Notes: generated by a model from the sequence alone, not told the origin. A stretch of DNA of 64,000 nt from Acidimicrobiales bacterium (GCA_013003535.1 JABDIY010000162.1:58130-122129); one strand, 5' to 3'; shown: positions 38,444 through 49,179, counted from the first letter of the stretch. Translations and numbers: made by a program.

Positions 38444-38962
38444 ATGAGCATGCAACCCTCGGTGTTTCTCCTCTCCTTCGCACTCTTGGTCACCACCTGC
38501 GGATCCGGTTCGGCCGCTGGCAACCAAAACGATGGGTCGCCTGATTTTCATTTGAGCGAAGCGGTGCTCTCCGGCGGTATTGCGGGAATCTGCGAGCAGC
38601 TGAGGATCGATTCATCGGGGGCGATGACCTTCGTGGAATCATGCTTCTCACCAACTGGCCAGAATACGGGACAGCTCACACCCCTCGGACTCACCTCACT
38701 GGAAGACTCGCTTCGAGGCATTACCACCAACGACTTTCGATTCGACGCACCCGAGCCCGAGTGCTGCGACATGTTCAGCTTCGGCCTGACATACACCTCT
38801 ATCTCCGGAGACGACTCCCACTACATCGAAGCCACGAGCGACGAGCGGACACCCGAGGTGTTCACCCGTTCCGCTGATCTGGCCACCCAACTCATGGCCA
38901 GCCTTCGATCTTGTCAGACGACCGAATTGATGATCATCGAAGGTGATTGCTCTACGAGCTAG
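38444..38962 (+). CDS. Hypothetical lipoprotein
   Basis: Signal peptide LLVTTC, several Cys (ICE, ESC, ECCD, SCQ). Confidence 0.7.
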   Translation: MSMQPSVFLLSFALLVTTCGSGSAAGNQNDGSPDFHLSEAVLSGGIAGICEQLRIDSSGAMTFVESCFSPTGQNTGQLTPLGLTSLEDSLRGITTNDFRFDAPEPECCDMFSFGLTYTSISGDDSHYIEATSDERTPEVFTRSADLATQLMASLRSCQTTELMIIEGDCSTS

Positions 38963-39068
38963 AGAACGCACCGCCGTGCCGCCAGGGTTGCCACCACTGG
39001 CGCCTGTTGCATCGCCGACCTCCTTGGAGTGTGATTGGGGAAACAACCACTGCATTGAGGAGACAGTC

Positions 39069-39530
39069 ATGGTGCAAGCAATTCCCGACGGACTCGAAGG
39101 GCGAATCATTCCCTATCTCATGATCGACGGCGCGGCCGCGGCAATCGAGTTCTATCAGCAGGCCTTCGGAGCCACCGAGGTGTACCGAATGGAGATGCCC
39201 GATGGAGGCATCGCTCACGCAGAAGTCCATGTGAACGGAGCAACCGTCTATCTCTCAGACGCGCCGGCCGACATGGACGGCAACGCCGCAAACCCTAAGA
39301 AGCTCGGTGGTAGTCCGGTGCTTCTTCACCAATACGTCGCCGATGTTGATGCCACCACCGAAACGGCCCGGGCGGCTGGGGCAACAATTGCCCGCGAACC
39401 CGCGGACCAGTTCTACGGGGATCGCGCGGCACTCGTTGAGGACCCCTTCGGGCATCTGTGGTCTTTCCATTCCCATGTGCGTGATGTCACGCCTCAGGAA
39501 ATGGAAGATGCCATGAAAGCCATGGGTTGA
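39069..39530 (+). CDS. VOC/glyoxalase (PhnB-like) protein
   Basis: PYLMIDGAAAAIEFY, DQFYGDR...DPFGHLW, GAGGAG RBS. Confidence 0.92.
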   Translation: MVQAIPDGLEGRIIPYLMIDGAAAAIEFYQQAFGATEVYRMEMPDGGIAHAEVHVNGATVYLSDAPADMDGNAANPKKLGGSPVLLHQYVADVDATTETARAAGATIAREPADQFYGDRAALVEDPFGHLWSFHSHVRDVTPQEMEDAMKAMG

Positions 39531-39619
39531 CCAGCGTCGCTTGTTCGCTTCCTGCCATCCGGCCCGAAGTCTTTGCACCAATCGCTACAGCGAGCAGGTA
39601 ATCCTTCCGAAACCCGGTT

Positions 39620-40321
39620 ATGCATCAGGATCCCTTCGCGCCCGACGAAAACTCTGTTCCTAACCCCATCGGCAGCTCTACCTCTGCCCCCTCCCAGGTA
39701 CCGCCATCGCTGGCGGGCACTCCGCCGCCCAATTTCGCCGGCACCGACCCGCAGGCGTTCAACCCCCAAGACTTTGGTTCCGCCAACCCTGCTGGCGCTG
39801 ACACGAACGGACCGGCATACCTCGGCAACGAGGGTGGTGCCGGCGGACTGCCGCCGCAGGTTCAGAAGAGGTCAGGGGGAAGTATGGCCAGCAAGATCAA
39901 GGGCGCGGTCATCGTTGCTGTCCTGGGCATTGCCGGCGTCGGCGCCTACACCTCCCGCAACGATGTTTCGGTAGACAAGATCGAAGTTGGTCAATGCCTG
40001 GTCGAGCCGGCCGAAGGTTTGCTGACCAGCGTTACCAAGATCGACTGCAACGAGCCTCACGAGATGGAGGTGTATGCGGTGGTCAATCTGGAACAAACCG
40101 CCGATGAGGCGTGGCCAGGCGCATCAGCCGTCGAAGAACGGGCGATCAGCATGTGCCTCGATCGAGTTGAAGCGTTCATAGGTGAAGATTTCATGGCATC
40201 TCCCTACGACATCACCTACATCACCCCCGTGCAGGAAGGCTGGGCCGAGGGTGACAACGAGGGAATCTGCGCCGTCGTGAACTTCGATGGCACGCCGCTC
40301 ACCGGCCCGATCACCGGCTAG
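39620..40321 (+). CDS. Septum-formation-family membrane protein
   Basis: Pro/Gly-rich N-terminus, TM, VGQCL...DCNEPHEMEVY...P...GW..GD...C. Confidence 0.8.
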   Translation: MHQDPFAPDENSVPNPIGSSTSAPSQVPPSLAGTPPPNFAGTDPQAFNPQDFGSANPAGADTNGPAYLGNEGGAGGLPPQVQKRSGGSMASKIKGAVIVAVLGIAGVGAYTSRNDVSVDKIEVGQCLVEPAEGLLTSVTKIDCNEPHEMEVYAVVNLEQTADEAWPGASAVEERAISMCLDRVEAFIGEDFMASPYDITYITPVQEGWAEGDNEGICAVVNFDGTPLTGPITG

Positions 40322-40359
40322 TAATCGGCTCTTCGGCCGGGCTTCACTAGCCTGACGAT

Positions 40360-40998
40360 GTGTCCAAACCCGAGCGACTCGACGTTGTGAACCCAGCCAC
40401 CGGGATCACGATAGCCACGCGCACACGGTCCGATGTCCATCGAGAAGGACTATGGCACCAGGTCTTCCACTGCCTCGTCCTCCGCCCCGAATCCAACTCG
40501 GTGGTTCTCCAACGACGAGCCGCATCGAAAGCAGCCTTTCCGTTGAAGCTGGATCTTTCGGTTACCGGACACCTCTCCACCGGTGAGTCACCCGCAGACG
40601 GCAGCCGGGAATTCGAGGAAGAGTTGGGGGTTCCACTAGATCCCCGCAATCTGATTCCCGTAGGTGTGCGGCTCCTGGCCGACGACAACGGCGAGGGTCG
40701 CAACCGAGAACGGGTTCACCTCTACTTCGCAATGGTTGACCGACCCCTCCACTCGTACCGGCCGCCAGTGCACGAAGTGGACGGCTTGGTAGAGATCGAT
40801 GTTCAGGGGCTCCTGGAAGTTTTGGCCAGCCCTCGGAACGAAGCCTCCGTCCGAACCACCTCCGCAACGGCCCCAACAGTTGAACGATCGGCAACCGTTA
40901 CCCAGGCCGACCTGGTTGAGGGTTCCGACGGTTATTGGACCGTCCTAGCCGTAATGGCTCAGCGTGCCCTGAACGGGGAAAGACTTCTGGCGATCTAG
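40360..40998 (+). CDS. NUDIX hydrolase (IDI-like)
   Basis: [27 protein letters not shown]...REFEEELG. Confidence 0.82.
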   Translation: MSKPERLDVVNPATGITIATRTRSDVHREGLWHQVFHCLVLRPESNSVVLQRRAASKAAFPLKLDLSVTGHLSTGESPADGSREFEEELGVPLDPRNLIPVGVRLLADDNGEGRNRERVHLYFAMVDRPLHSYRPPVHEVDGLVEIDVQGLLEVLASPRNEASVRTTSATAPTVERSATVTQADLVEGSDGYWTVLAVMAQRALNGERLLAI

Positions 40999-41627
40999 AT
41001 GAGCCCAGAGCGTGGGCCGATCAGACTCAACGCTTCGGCTCGAGACGCCGGACTATGGCGCAAGCTGCCTCGAACCGCCGAGGTGGTGGTGAGCGCGCCG
41101 GGCTTGCGTACCCCCCGCATGCTCATACAAAGATGCTCGGCCTCCATGACAACCATGGCTCCGGAGGCTCCTAGCCGTTCCATCAACGCGTCAGCCACTT
41201 GCGTATTCAACCGCTCCTGGACTTGTAGCCGTCGGGCATAGCCATCCACCACTCTGGCTAGCTTGGAGAGGCCACACACCTTGCCGCCATCGCTCGGAAT
41301 ATACGCCACGTGGGCCCGACCGATGAACGGGAGCATGTGGTGCTCGCACAGGGATGCAAACGGAATGTCTCGGACGATCACCATCTCGGAATGATCTACA
41401 TCGAACTGTCGGTCCAGATGATCGGCAGGGTCTTGTTGATAACCGCCGAGAATCTCGTTGTACGCTTTGGCTACTCGCTGAGGTGTGTCGAGCAACCCGT
41501 TTCGGTCTGGATCCTCGCCTACGGCGGCGAGAATCTCCCGAACCGCAGCCTCGATACGGGCCGTGTCTATTGCGCCGGTCACGGCGGCTCTCGTCCCATT
41601 GACGTTCGATTCCTGATGGGTTGCCAC
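40995..41627 (-). CDS. folE: GTP cyclohydrolase I
   Basis: [41 protein letters not shown]. Confidence 0.96.
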   Translation of the reverse strand: MATHQESNVNGTRAAVTGAIDTARIEAAVREILAAVGEDPDRNGLLDTPQRVAKAYNEILGGYQQDPADHLDRQFDVDHSEMVIVRDIPFASLCEHHMLPFIGRAHVAYIPSDGGKVCGLSKLARVVDGYARRLQVQERLNTQVADALMERLGASGAMVVMEAEHLCMSMRGVRKPGALTTTSAVRGSLRHSPASRAEALSLIGPRSGLI

Positions 41628-41646
41628 CTGTCAAGTATGCAGCCGA

Positions 41647-42465
41647 TTGGCGGCAGATACCCTCTACCTGGTGAGTTCCGCAGAACGAGCGCTTCTGACC
41701 GCAGTGGCGCAATACCCCAATCTTGTGGTGGCATTCTCCGGTGGTGTCGATTCGGCCCTCCTGGCGGTTGCGGCCCGCAAAGCGCTGGGTCATCACGGTG
41801 TCCACGCCGTAACCGCGGACTCAGCTTCGCTGTCAAAAGGCGAGGCCGATCACTGCGCAACGCTGGCCGATGAATGGGACATTGCCTGGTCAGCCGTTCT
41901 CACAACCGAATTCAACGACGAGCGATACATCCAAAACACCGGAGACCGCTGTTTTTGGTGCAAGTCCGCCCTGATGGACGCGCTGGAGCCGATGGCCAAG
42001 TTCAGCGGCGGTTCGGTGGCATTGGGTGTGAACGTGGATGACCTTGGCGATCACCGACCTGGTCAGGACGCGGCCCGCCAACGCGGCGCGGTATTCCCGC
42101 TGGTCGATGCCGGTCTCGACAAGGCTGCCGTGCGGTCCGTTGCCAGGGCATGGGGAATCAGCGTCTGGGACCGTCCCGCGATGCCCTGTCTTTCCAGCCG
42201 CATCCCATACGGTACAAACGTTTCCGTGTCGTTGGTGACCAAGATCGATCGGGCCGAGCATGCCCTGCGGAACCTCGGTTTCGGTGACGTCCGAGTCCGC
42301 CATTACAGCGACACCGCCCGCATCGAAGTGCCGGTCTCGCAGTTGGGCAAAGCGATCCACCTGGCCGAGGCCATCGAGACCGCCGTGAAAGCATGCGGCT
42401 ACGCCTACGTAACCCTGGACCTCGCCGGCCTCCGCTCCGGCAATCTCAACAACGCGTTGAACTGA
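41647..42465 (+). CDS. larE: ATP-dependent sulfur transferase LarE
   Basis: AFSGGVDS PP-loop, RCFWCK, DDLGDHRPG, PCLSSRIPYG, VRVRH. Confidence 0.93.
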   Translation: MAADTLYLVSSAERALLTAVAQYPNLVVAFSGGVDSALLAVAARKALGHHGVHAVTADSASLSKGEADHCATLADEWDIAWSAVLTTEFNDERYIQNTGDRCFWCKSALMDALEPMAKFSGGSVALGVNVDDLGDHRPGQDAARQRGAVFPLVDAGLDKAAVRSVARAWGISVWDRPAMPCLSSRIPYGTNVSVSLVTKIDRAEHALRNLGFGDVRVRHYSDTARIEVPVSQLGKAIHLAEAIETAVKACGYAYVTLDLAGLRSGNLNNALN

Positions 42466-43109
42466 TGTCGCCGTCTGATCTGCGGTTGGACACCGAGCGA
42501 ACCGCTCGGATCGGCATGCCCGAAGCAGTCTTGTGCCAGTTCAAGTCCGTCGAACAGTGCGTGTCGGCAGTGCAGGGCCTCCTGGCGGGTTCCGATGATG
42601 TTGTAATCGCAACCCGGATCGACGCCACCCAACGCCAAGAGCTCATGGCTCTCCGACCTGAACACCATGATGCCTCCACGATGGTGTGGCGTTCCCGAGA
42701 CCCCAGCGGTCAGGTGGCCGCAGTTGTGAGCGCCGGGACATCGGATGCGGACGTGGCAAGCGAGGCTGCCCTCACGCTGGCCGCACTCGGTCATACCGTG
42801 ATTCGAACCGCGGACGTGGGGGTCGCCGGCGTCCATAGGCTCACCGCCGCCCTCCCAGAGTTTGAAACGGCGAATGCAATTATTGCCGTTGCCGGCATGG
42901 AAGGTGCTCTTCCCACAGTGCTCGCCGGCCTGGTTGGGCAACCGATAATCGCGGTCCCCACATCGGTGGGCTACGGCTCTGCCTTCGAAGGGGTGACCCC
43001 CCTTCTCACCATGATGGCCAGCTGTGCGCCCGGGATCGCTGTTGTCGGAATCGACAACGGCTACGGGGCCGCCTGCGCAGTTCACCGCATCTTCCAGACT
43101 CGGTCATGA
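42465..43109 (+). CDS. larB: Nickel-pincer cofactor carboxylase/hydrolase LarB
   Basis: RIGMPEAVLC, SAGTSD, ADVGVAGVHRL, AGMEGALP, VPTSVGYG, VGIDNGYGAA. TGATG overlap with larE. Confidence 0.93.
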   Translation: MSPSDLRLDTERTARIGMPEAVLCQFKSVEQCVSAVQGLLAGSDDVVIATRIDATQRQELMALRPEHHDASTMVWRSRDPSGQVAAVVSAGTSDADVASEAALTLAALGHTVIRTADVGVAGVHRLTAALPEFETANAIIAVAGMEGALPTVLAGLVGQPIIAVPTSVGYGSAFEGVTPLLTMMASCAPGIAVVGIDNGYGAACAVHRIFQTRS

Positions 43110-44269
43110 CCGATCAGCTTTGGTTCGACCCACGATTTGGGGCTTCCGGCAACATGGTGCTCGGCTGTTTCATTTCGCTCGGCGTCGAGCCGGCACTGAT
43201 CACTTCTGGGCTCGCCAGTTTAGGGGTTGAGGGAATTGACATCTCGGCAACCACGGTCCGGCGCGGTTCGTTGCGCTCAACCCATGCGGCGGTGGCGGTG
43301 CAGGACAGCTCAACCCATCGTTCGTGGTCTGAGATCGACCAGCGGATCGCCGACTCCGAATTACCCGTCCGTGTGCGAGATGGCGCTCGCCAGACGTTCC
43401 GCCGCCTCGCCGAAGTCGAAGCCGACATTCACGATGTTCCCGTCACTGAAGTGCATTTTCACGAAGTCGGGGCTCTGGATGCCATCGCCGACATTGTGGG
43501 CAGCTGGATTTCGTGGAATCAGCTGGCGCAACCCGAAGTAACGGTGGGTTCCTTCGGACTCGGCCATGGCACCGTAGAGGCGGCTCACGGGACGCTCCCC
43601 CTTCCCGCTCCAGCGGTGGTGGAACTGCTTCTCCACGCGAACGTCCACCCGCTCCAGGTTGCCATGGAAACCGTCACGCCCACCGGGGCTGCCATTCTCA
43701 TGTCGATGGCCACCGGTTTCCGCCCAGGGCCGCCAGCGGGAAGCATCACCGCCACGGGGCGTGGCGCCGGGGGGCGAGATCCCACCGGTTACCCAAACGT
43801 CCTCACCGCAATCCGATTGACCTCACCCCAAACCGCTCCTTCCAGCGCGTCGAGCTCGATGATGGAGCTGTCCACCAACCTCGACGACGTGACCGCTGAG
43901 GTCCTAGCCCACACCGTCGCCCGTTGTCTCGAGGCAGGAGCGGCCGATGCTTGGGTCACCCCAATCGTCATGAAGAAGGGCAGGCCGGGTCATCTCCTGT
44001 CGGTATTGTGCCAGCCCAGTGACACCCAGGTCCTCTGCCAACTGGTGATGACCGAAACTGGAACGCTCGGTGTTCGGCTGCGGAGCGTTGACCGGGTCGC
44101 CAGCGAGCGCTCCTTTGAAACCGTTCTTGTCGAAGGTCACCAGATCAGGATCAAGCTTGGTCCGCTCGGAGCCAAACCAGAGTTCGAGGATCTCGTGACG
44201 GCTGCAAAAGCCCTCGGTTCTACACCCCGGGCGATCGGCCAACTGGCTCTACTACGCTTCAGCGAATGA
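43106..44269 (+). CDS. larC: Nickel insertase LarC (single fused ORF)
   Basis: FGASGNMVLG, VHFHEVGALDAIADIVG, TPTGAAIL, TNLDD, MKKGRPG, ETGTLGVR, KPEFED. Confidence 0.93.
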   Translation: MTDQLWFDPRFGASGNMVLGCFISLGVEPALITSGLASLGVEGIDISATTVRRGSLRSTHAAVAVQDSSTHRSWSEIDQRIADSELPVRVRDGARQTFRRLAEVEADIHDVPVTEVHFHEVGALDAIADIVGSWISWNQLAQPEVTVGSFGLGHGTVEAAHGTLPLPAPAVVELLLHANVHPLQVAMETVTPTGAAILMSMATGFRPGPPAGSITATGRGAGGRDPTGYPNVLTAIRLTSPQTAPSSASSSMMELSTNLDDVTAEVLAHTVARCLEAGAADAWVTPIVMKKGRPGHLLSVLCQPSDTQVLCQLVMTETGTLGVRLRSVDRVASERSFETVLVEGHQIRIKLGPLGAKPEFEDLVTAAKALGSTPRAIGQLALLRFSE

Positions 44270-45366
44270 AAGCTGCTGTCCTCAACGAGATCCCCGGTTC
44301 CTTGTCCATCGAAGACGTTCAGATCGGCACGCCCGGGCCCCGGGAAGTGCTCGTGAAGACGGTAGCGGCGGGCTTGTGCCATAGCGATCTCCACTTCATG
44401 GAGGGCACCTACACCACTGCTGTTCCTACCGTCCTCGGGCACGAATCAGCCGGCATCGTCGAGGCTGTCGGAAGCATGGTTTCCTACGTGGAACCGGGAG
44501 ATCACGTGATCACGTGCCTCGCCGCATTCTGCGGGCATTGCGAAGACTGCCTTGGGGGTCACCCAGCGCGCTGTCAGCGAAAAGCTACAGATCTCGTTCG
44601 CCCACCCGGCGAGGGCTCCCGCCTCAGTCGAGGCGAAGGCGGCGACACTCAAGATCTCCACCAATTCCTCCAGTGTTCATCGTTCGCCGAACAACTGCTG
44701 GTTCACGAACACGCCTTGGTGAAGATTCGCAAAGACATGCCACTGGAGAAGGCCGCACTCATCGGCTGCGGCGTGACAACCGGCCTCGGCGCCATCTTCC
44801 GAACGGCTCGGGTGGAGCCCGGATCAGACGTCGTAGTGATCGGCTGTGGTGGAATCGGCCTTTCCGCCATACAGGGCGCCCGCATCGCCGGTGCATCACG
44901 CATTGTCGCCGTCGATATGAACTCACCAAAGCTCGATCTGGCCAAGTCCCTTGGTGCCACCCACGTCTTGAACGCCGCCGACGAAGACCCCGTGAAGGCC
45001 GTCAAGAAACTGACCGATGGCGGTGCCCGCTTCACCTTCGAGGCCGTAGGACTCAAAGAAACCGCAGAACAGGCTTTCAGGATGCTACGAGCCGGCGGTC
45101 AAGCGGTCGTCATCGGCCTCATTCCATTGGGGACGATGGTGGAGGTTCACGGCGTAGAACTCACCAACGAAAAAACCCTCACGGGATCCAACATGGGGAG
45201 CACCCAGTTCCGCACCGACATGCCGCGTTATGTAGACATGTACCTCGACGGTCGGCTCAAGCTGGACGAAATGATCAGTGACACGATCAAGCTGGAGCAG
45301 ATCAACGAAGGATTCGCTGCCATGAAGACCGGAACCATCGCCCGTCAGGTCATCCTTTTCGACTGA
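44266..45366 (+). CDS. Zn-dependent alcohol dehydrogenase (class III-like MDR)
   Basis: GLCHSD, GHESAG, CGHCEDC...C, GCGVTTG, GCGGIG. ATGA overlap with larC. Confidence 0.93.
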   Translation: MKAAVLNEIPGSLSIEDVQIGTPGPREVLVKTVAAGLCHSDLHFMEGTYTTAVPTVLGHESAGIVEAVGSMVSYVEPGDHVITCLAAFCGHCEDCLGGHPARCQRKATDLVRPPGEGSRLSRGEGGDTQDLHQFLQCSSFAEQLLVHEHALVKIRKDMPLEKAALIGCGVTTGLGAIFRTARVEPGSDVVVIGCGGIGLSAIQGARIAGASRIVAVDMNSPKLDLAKSLGATHVLNAADEDPVKAVKKLTDGGARFTFEAVGLKETAEQAFRMLRAGGQAVVIGLIPLGTMVEVHGVELTNEKTLTGSNMGSTQFRTDMPRYVDMYLDGRLKLDEMISDTIKLEQINEGFAAMKTGTIARQVILFD

Positions 45367-45415
45367 ACGTCTGACACGTGACCAACTGCGTTACGAACAA
45401 GGTAGGTTCTGGTCC

Positions 45416-46384
45416 ATGGCAGAAATGACATACCGCCGGCTAGGTCGATCAGGATTGAAGGTATCCACCCTCTCCTACGGATCCTGGGTCACCTTCGGCG
45501 AACAGCAAGGCATCTCAGCAGTCCAAGATTCCATGCAGGCCGCCTGGGACGGCGGCTGTAACTTCTTCGACAACGCCGAGGTGTACGCCGGCGGGCGAAG
45601 TGAGACGCTCATGGGCAAGGCGCTGAAAGATCTGGGCTGGGATCGAGAGACCTACGTGATCAGCACCAAGTTCTACTGGGGCATCGTCGACAACGTAAAC
45701 ACCAAGTTCACGCTGAACAGAAAGTATCTCACCCAGGCGATTGACCGTTCGCTCGAACGCCTCCAACTCGATTTTGTCGACCTCGCGTACTGCCACCGGG
45801 CGGACCCGGACACGCCGATCGAGGAGACCGTTCGGGCTATGAGCCAGATGATCGATCAGGGCAAGGCGCTCTACTGGGGAACGTCGGAATGGACCGCCGA
45901 CGAGATCCGGGCTGCCTACGAGATCGCCGAGCGTCATCACCTCCACAAACCGGTAATGGAACAGCCTGAGTACAACATGTTCAACCGCCGGAAAGTGGAG
46001 AAGGAGTACGCCCGCCTCTATGAAGACATCGGACTAGGGCTCACCACGTGGAGCCCGCTGGCCGGCGGGCTTCTCACCGGCAAATACGTCGACGGCATCC
46101 CCGACGACAGCCGGGCGGCCCTCAAGGGGCACGACTATCTCAAGGACAAACTCGAAGACGACTCGGTCGTAGACGCCATCAAAGGCGTGGTGAAGATCGC
46201 CAAGGAGCTCGACTGCACCCCCGCCCAGTTGGCGTTGGCATGGTGCGCTTCAAACCCCAATGTCTCGTCGGTGATCACCGGTGCCAGTCGGGTTTCCCAA
46301 GTCACAGAGAACATGGCAGCGATCGAGATTGTCGAGATGATAACTCCCGAGATCAAAGACCGAATCGAGAACCTGCTCGCCTAG
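45416..46384 (+). CDS. Aldo/keto reductase (Kv-beta-like)
   Basis: [41 protein letters not shown]. Confidence 0.92.
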   Translation: MAEMTYRRLGRSGLKVSTLSYGSWVTFGEQQGISAVQDSMQAAWDGGCNFFDNAEVYAGGRSETLMGKALKDLGWDRETYVISTKFYWGIVDNVNTKFTLNRKYLTQAIDRSLERLQLDFVDLAYCHRADPDTPIEETVRAMSQMIDQGKALYWGTSEWTADEIRAAYEIAERHHLHKPVMEQPEYNMFNRRKVEKEYARLYEDIGLGLTTWSPLAGGLLTGKYVDGIPDDSRAALKGHDYLKDKLEDDSVVDAIKGVVKIAKELDCTPAQLALAWCASNPNVSSVITGASRVSQVTENMAAIEIVEMITPEIKDRIENLLA

Positions 46385-46405
46385 TTGGCTCGCCGGTGAC
46401 GCCCT

Positions 46406-47341
46406 TCAGGCCTCGAGATCATCCCAGTCAGGGTGCGTGATTTCGGTATTGACCAGCTCTGAAGGCTCGATGCCGTTGAGGATCATACGGGCCTGCTCGA
46501 TGGCGTGATCCAGCATTCGCTGCCGTCCAACCACTGTGCAGGAAGCTATGTGAGGCGTGACGATCACGTTGTCCCGATGGAGCAGCGTATGACTGGGATC
46601 CAACGGTTCAGGTGCGGTTACATCCAGACCGGCGCCTGCCACTTTGCCGCTGTCGAGCGCTGCAACCAACGCAGCGGTGTCTACCAGTCCGCCCCGGGCG
46701 CAATTGATCAGAATGACACCTCGTTGACACTTGGCGAAGGTGCTGGCGTTGAATACGTTAGCGGTGTCGGCGGCGGCCGGAGCGTGGAGTGAGATTACGT
46801 TGGATTCGGCGAGCAGCGTATCCATATCCACCATGGCGACGGATTCGTCTGGTTGGAATACAAACGGATCGTGAGCGATCACTCGCATCCCGATCCCCGC
46901 AGCGATTTGCGCCACCCTCCGAGCGATTCGCCCGTATCCGAACAGTCCGAGGGTGAGACCGTCCAGCTCCAGTGCGGTGCTCTGATCGGCGTAGTTGCCA
47001 ACGCCGTCGCGAAGGCGTTGGGCATGAGGGCCGAGCGTCTTCGCTACTGCGAACATGAGAGCGATGGCATGTTCAGCGGTGGAGACAGTGGGACCTTCGG
47101 GCGTGTTGGTTACCGCAACACCCCGACGGGTTGCCTCAGCGAGGTCAATTGCGTCGGTTCCGATACCCGTGCGACACAGGCCGATCAACTTCGGGGCCTT
47201 GTCAAATCGGGCAGCATCCCAGCGGATTCCTCCCGCGAGGGCAACCACGGCTTCGCCGAGACGTTCATCGCCTGGACCTACCAACTGGTGATCATCGATT
47301 TCAAGCAGACCAAAGGGTCGGTCAATGTGAATGACACTCAT
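46406..47341 (-). CDS. D-isomer-specific 2-hydroxyacid dehydrogenase
   Basis: STAEHA, GYGRIA, INCARGGLVD, AGLDV, TPHIA. Confidence 0.9.
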   Translation of the reverse strand: MSVIHIDRPFGLLEIDDHQLVGPGDERLGEAVVALAGGIRWDAARFDKAPKLIGLCRTGIGTDAIDLAEATRRGVAVTNTPEGPTVSTAEHAIALMFAVAKTLGPHAQRLRDGVGNYADQSTALELDGLTLGLFGYGRIARRVAQIAAGIGMRVIAHDPFVFQPDESVAMVDMDTLLAESNVISLHAPAAADTANVFNASTFAKCQRGVILINCARGGLVDTAALVAALDSGKVAGAGLDVTAPEPLDPSHTLLHRDNVIVTPHIASCTVVGRQRMLDHAIEQARMILNGIEPSELVNTEITHPDWDDLEA

Positions 47342-47409
47342 GCTTCAAGTGTGCCACGTAAGTCATATTTCCTGTACCCAAGCACCTGCCATTGAAGTTT
47401 GAAACACGT

Positions 47410-49179
47410 TCAATAGGTGGCTTCAATCGTCCATTCTTGCTGTTCCACCGTGAGAAGGTGGGCTGTTGCATCCTCCAGTACCACCTGCATTCGGGCCCGG
47501 CGACGATGTGAGCTCGGATCCCACCAGCGTTCATCGGCCGGCCATGGGCCAGCCCAACTCATGATCTGGTGCTCCGTTTTTCCAACCACCAACCACACCG
47601 GGTCGTTCAGCATCACCCCCCGACCGCTCACCGTCACCTCCTCCCCCACCTCATCCAGAACAACCACCGAACCCACCAGAGAGCCAACCTCCGCCGGCGC
47701 AGGTGGCGGGATTTTCCCCGGCCAGGGCTGGTTCACGTTGGCGGGATCGGCACCCATCCGAGGTTCACCAAGATCAACCGCCGCCGCCGGGATCAGCCGG
47801 ATCTGTTCGGCCGGTCCCCGCCCGCCACTCCACTCAGGCACCCGGACCGAATCAGCACCGAGGATCCCTTGTAAACGCGCCACGGTTCGCGAAACATCGT
47901 CGGCTCGTTCGGCTCGACCTCCCCAGAATCCCAGCTGCCGTCCCGTGGCAGGAACAACTTCGTCTGGGATTAACGTGAGCCGGGCGATCGCTGATCCAAC
48001 CCCGGCATCGGGATCGCGACCGGCTCCAGCGTGTCCCATTCGAGCCTGGTGCAACCATCCGTCCAGCTGCCACCGGGCCCGTTCTGCCAACGCTGCGGCG
48101 GACAACGTTCCTTCATGACGCCAAAGTCGACTGAACTCCTCGCCAGCTTCGGTCTCTGCCTCGATTGCCACCCGGATACACGCCAGTCCCTTCTCTTCCA
48201 GCGATCGATGCAGCTCATCGGCCAGCGCCTTGGCCGCGAAGGCGCACGGGTCGATCCGTTCGGTAGGGGGGTCGAAAAGCCACGTGACCGCCATATCGGT
48301 CGCTGGACGACGCAGATCGGGCGGATACTGATCCACTCCCCGAGCCAGCCGATGGGCCATCAACCCTTCAGCGCCGAAGCGGCCAACAACATCATTGGCG
48401 CTGATTTCCGCGAACTGGCCGAGCGTCCGGAGCCCCAGCCGAACCAACACGTCGACCAAATCGGGTAACTCCAACACATCCACACCGAAGCCAGCGAGAA
48501 AGCCCGCACTTTCCCCGGAGGGGACGATCACCGGTTGCCCTATCGCGCCGGCCAACTGACCATCACCAAAGATTTTTGATGCTGTTTGAGCAGCCATGCG
48601 AGCAGCAAAAACACCATCGGCCATTCCTACGAATAGCTCACCACGATCCGCCAGGACAGGGGTCAGTGTCTCCTGCACTTTTTGAGCCAACGCTTCATCG
48701 CCGCCGAAGAACCGCGACGGACCGCGGGTTGGGAATCCCACAAGACCGGGGCCGGCGACCTCTACCCGGGGAGTCATGTTGGTCAGGGCAGCAGCCACCG
48801 GTTCAAACAAACGGGCCTCTCGGTCGGTGTCTTGTTCCAAGACAGCGAGATCGGGACAGCGACTCTGGGCGTCCCGGCGGCGTTGCCCCACCCGAACACC
48901 ATCGATCCGTGCCCCGGGACTGCAAGAAACCACCCGGTTTGCCACGAACACCGCGGCCGGTTCGTTCAGTGGAACTCCCCATGCCACCACCGGCCAATCG
49001 GGACAGAGCACCACCGCCATTCGGGTGGAAAGCACGGAAGGATGCGCCGCCTCGGCCCTCCGGGGGCCGTTCTCTGACTCCCTCCGGGGGCCGTTCAAAC
49101 GCCACGGATGCTCTGCCTTCGGCGAGGCAACAACTGCATCGTCCGGTTCAGGCATAGCTACAAAAGGCATGTCCGTCAC
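47410..49179 (-). CDS. imuB: ImuB (inactive Y-family polymerase)
   Basis: LCPDWP, GVRVGQRRRDAQSRCP, LGLRTLGQFA, WSWAGPW-like WAGPWPADERWW. GTGA overlap with the imuA' stop; an alternative start at MAVVLCPDWP is possible. Confidence 0.9.
   Translation of the reverse strand: MTDMPFVAMPEPDDAVVASPKAEHPWRLNGPRRESENGPRRAEAAHPSVLSTRMAVVLCPDWPVVAWGVPLNEPAAVFVANRVVSCSPGARIDGVRVGQRRRDAQSRCPDLAVLEQDTDREARLFEPVAAALTNMTPRVEVAGPGLVGFPTRGPSRFFGGDEALAQKVQETLTPVLADRGELFVGMADGVFAARMAAQTASKIFGDGQLAGAIGQPVIVPSGESAGFLAGFGVDVLELPDLVDVLVRLGLRTLGQFAEISANDVVGRFGAEGLMAHRLARGVDQYPPDLRRPATDMAVTWLFDPPTERIDPCAFAAKALADELHRSLEEKGLACIRVAIEAETEAGEEFSRLWRHEGTLSAAALAERARWQLDGWLHQARMGHAGAGRDPDAGVGSAIARLTLIPDEVVPATGRQLGFWGGRAERADDVSRTVARLQGILGADSVRVPEWSGGRGPAEQIRLIPAAAVDLGEPRMGADPANVNQPWPGKIPPPAPAEVGSLVGSVVVLDEVGEEVTVSGRGVMLNDPVWLVVGKTEHQIMSWAGPWPADERWWDPSSHRRRARMQVVLEDATAHLLTVEQQEWTIEATY
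49033..49123. repeat. Copies of the dnaE2 hairpin element in the imuB 5' region
   Basis: CCCTCCGGGGGCCGTTC at 49056-72 and CTCCCTCCGGGGGCCGTTCAAACGCCACGGATGCTC at 49078. Confidence 0.85.

Noticed and set aside
34778-38551. Intein or extended N-terminus in DnaE2
   Set aside because: No intein motifs. The upstream extension contains the SOS box and promoter, so the start is ATG 38341.
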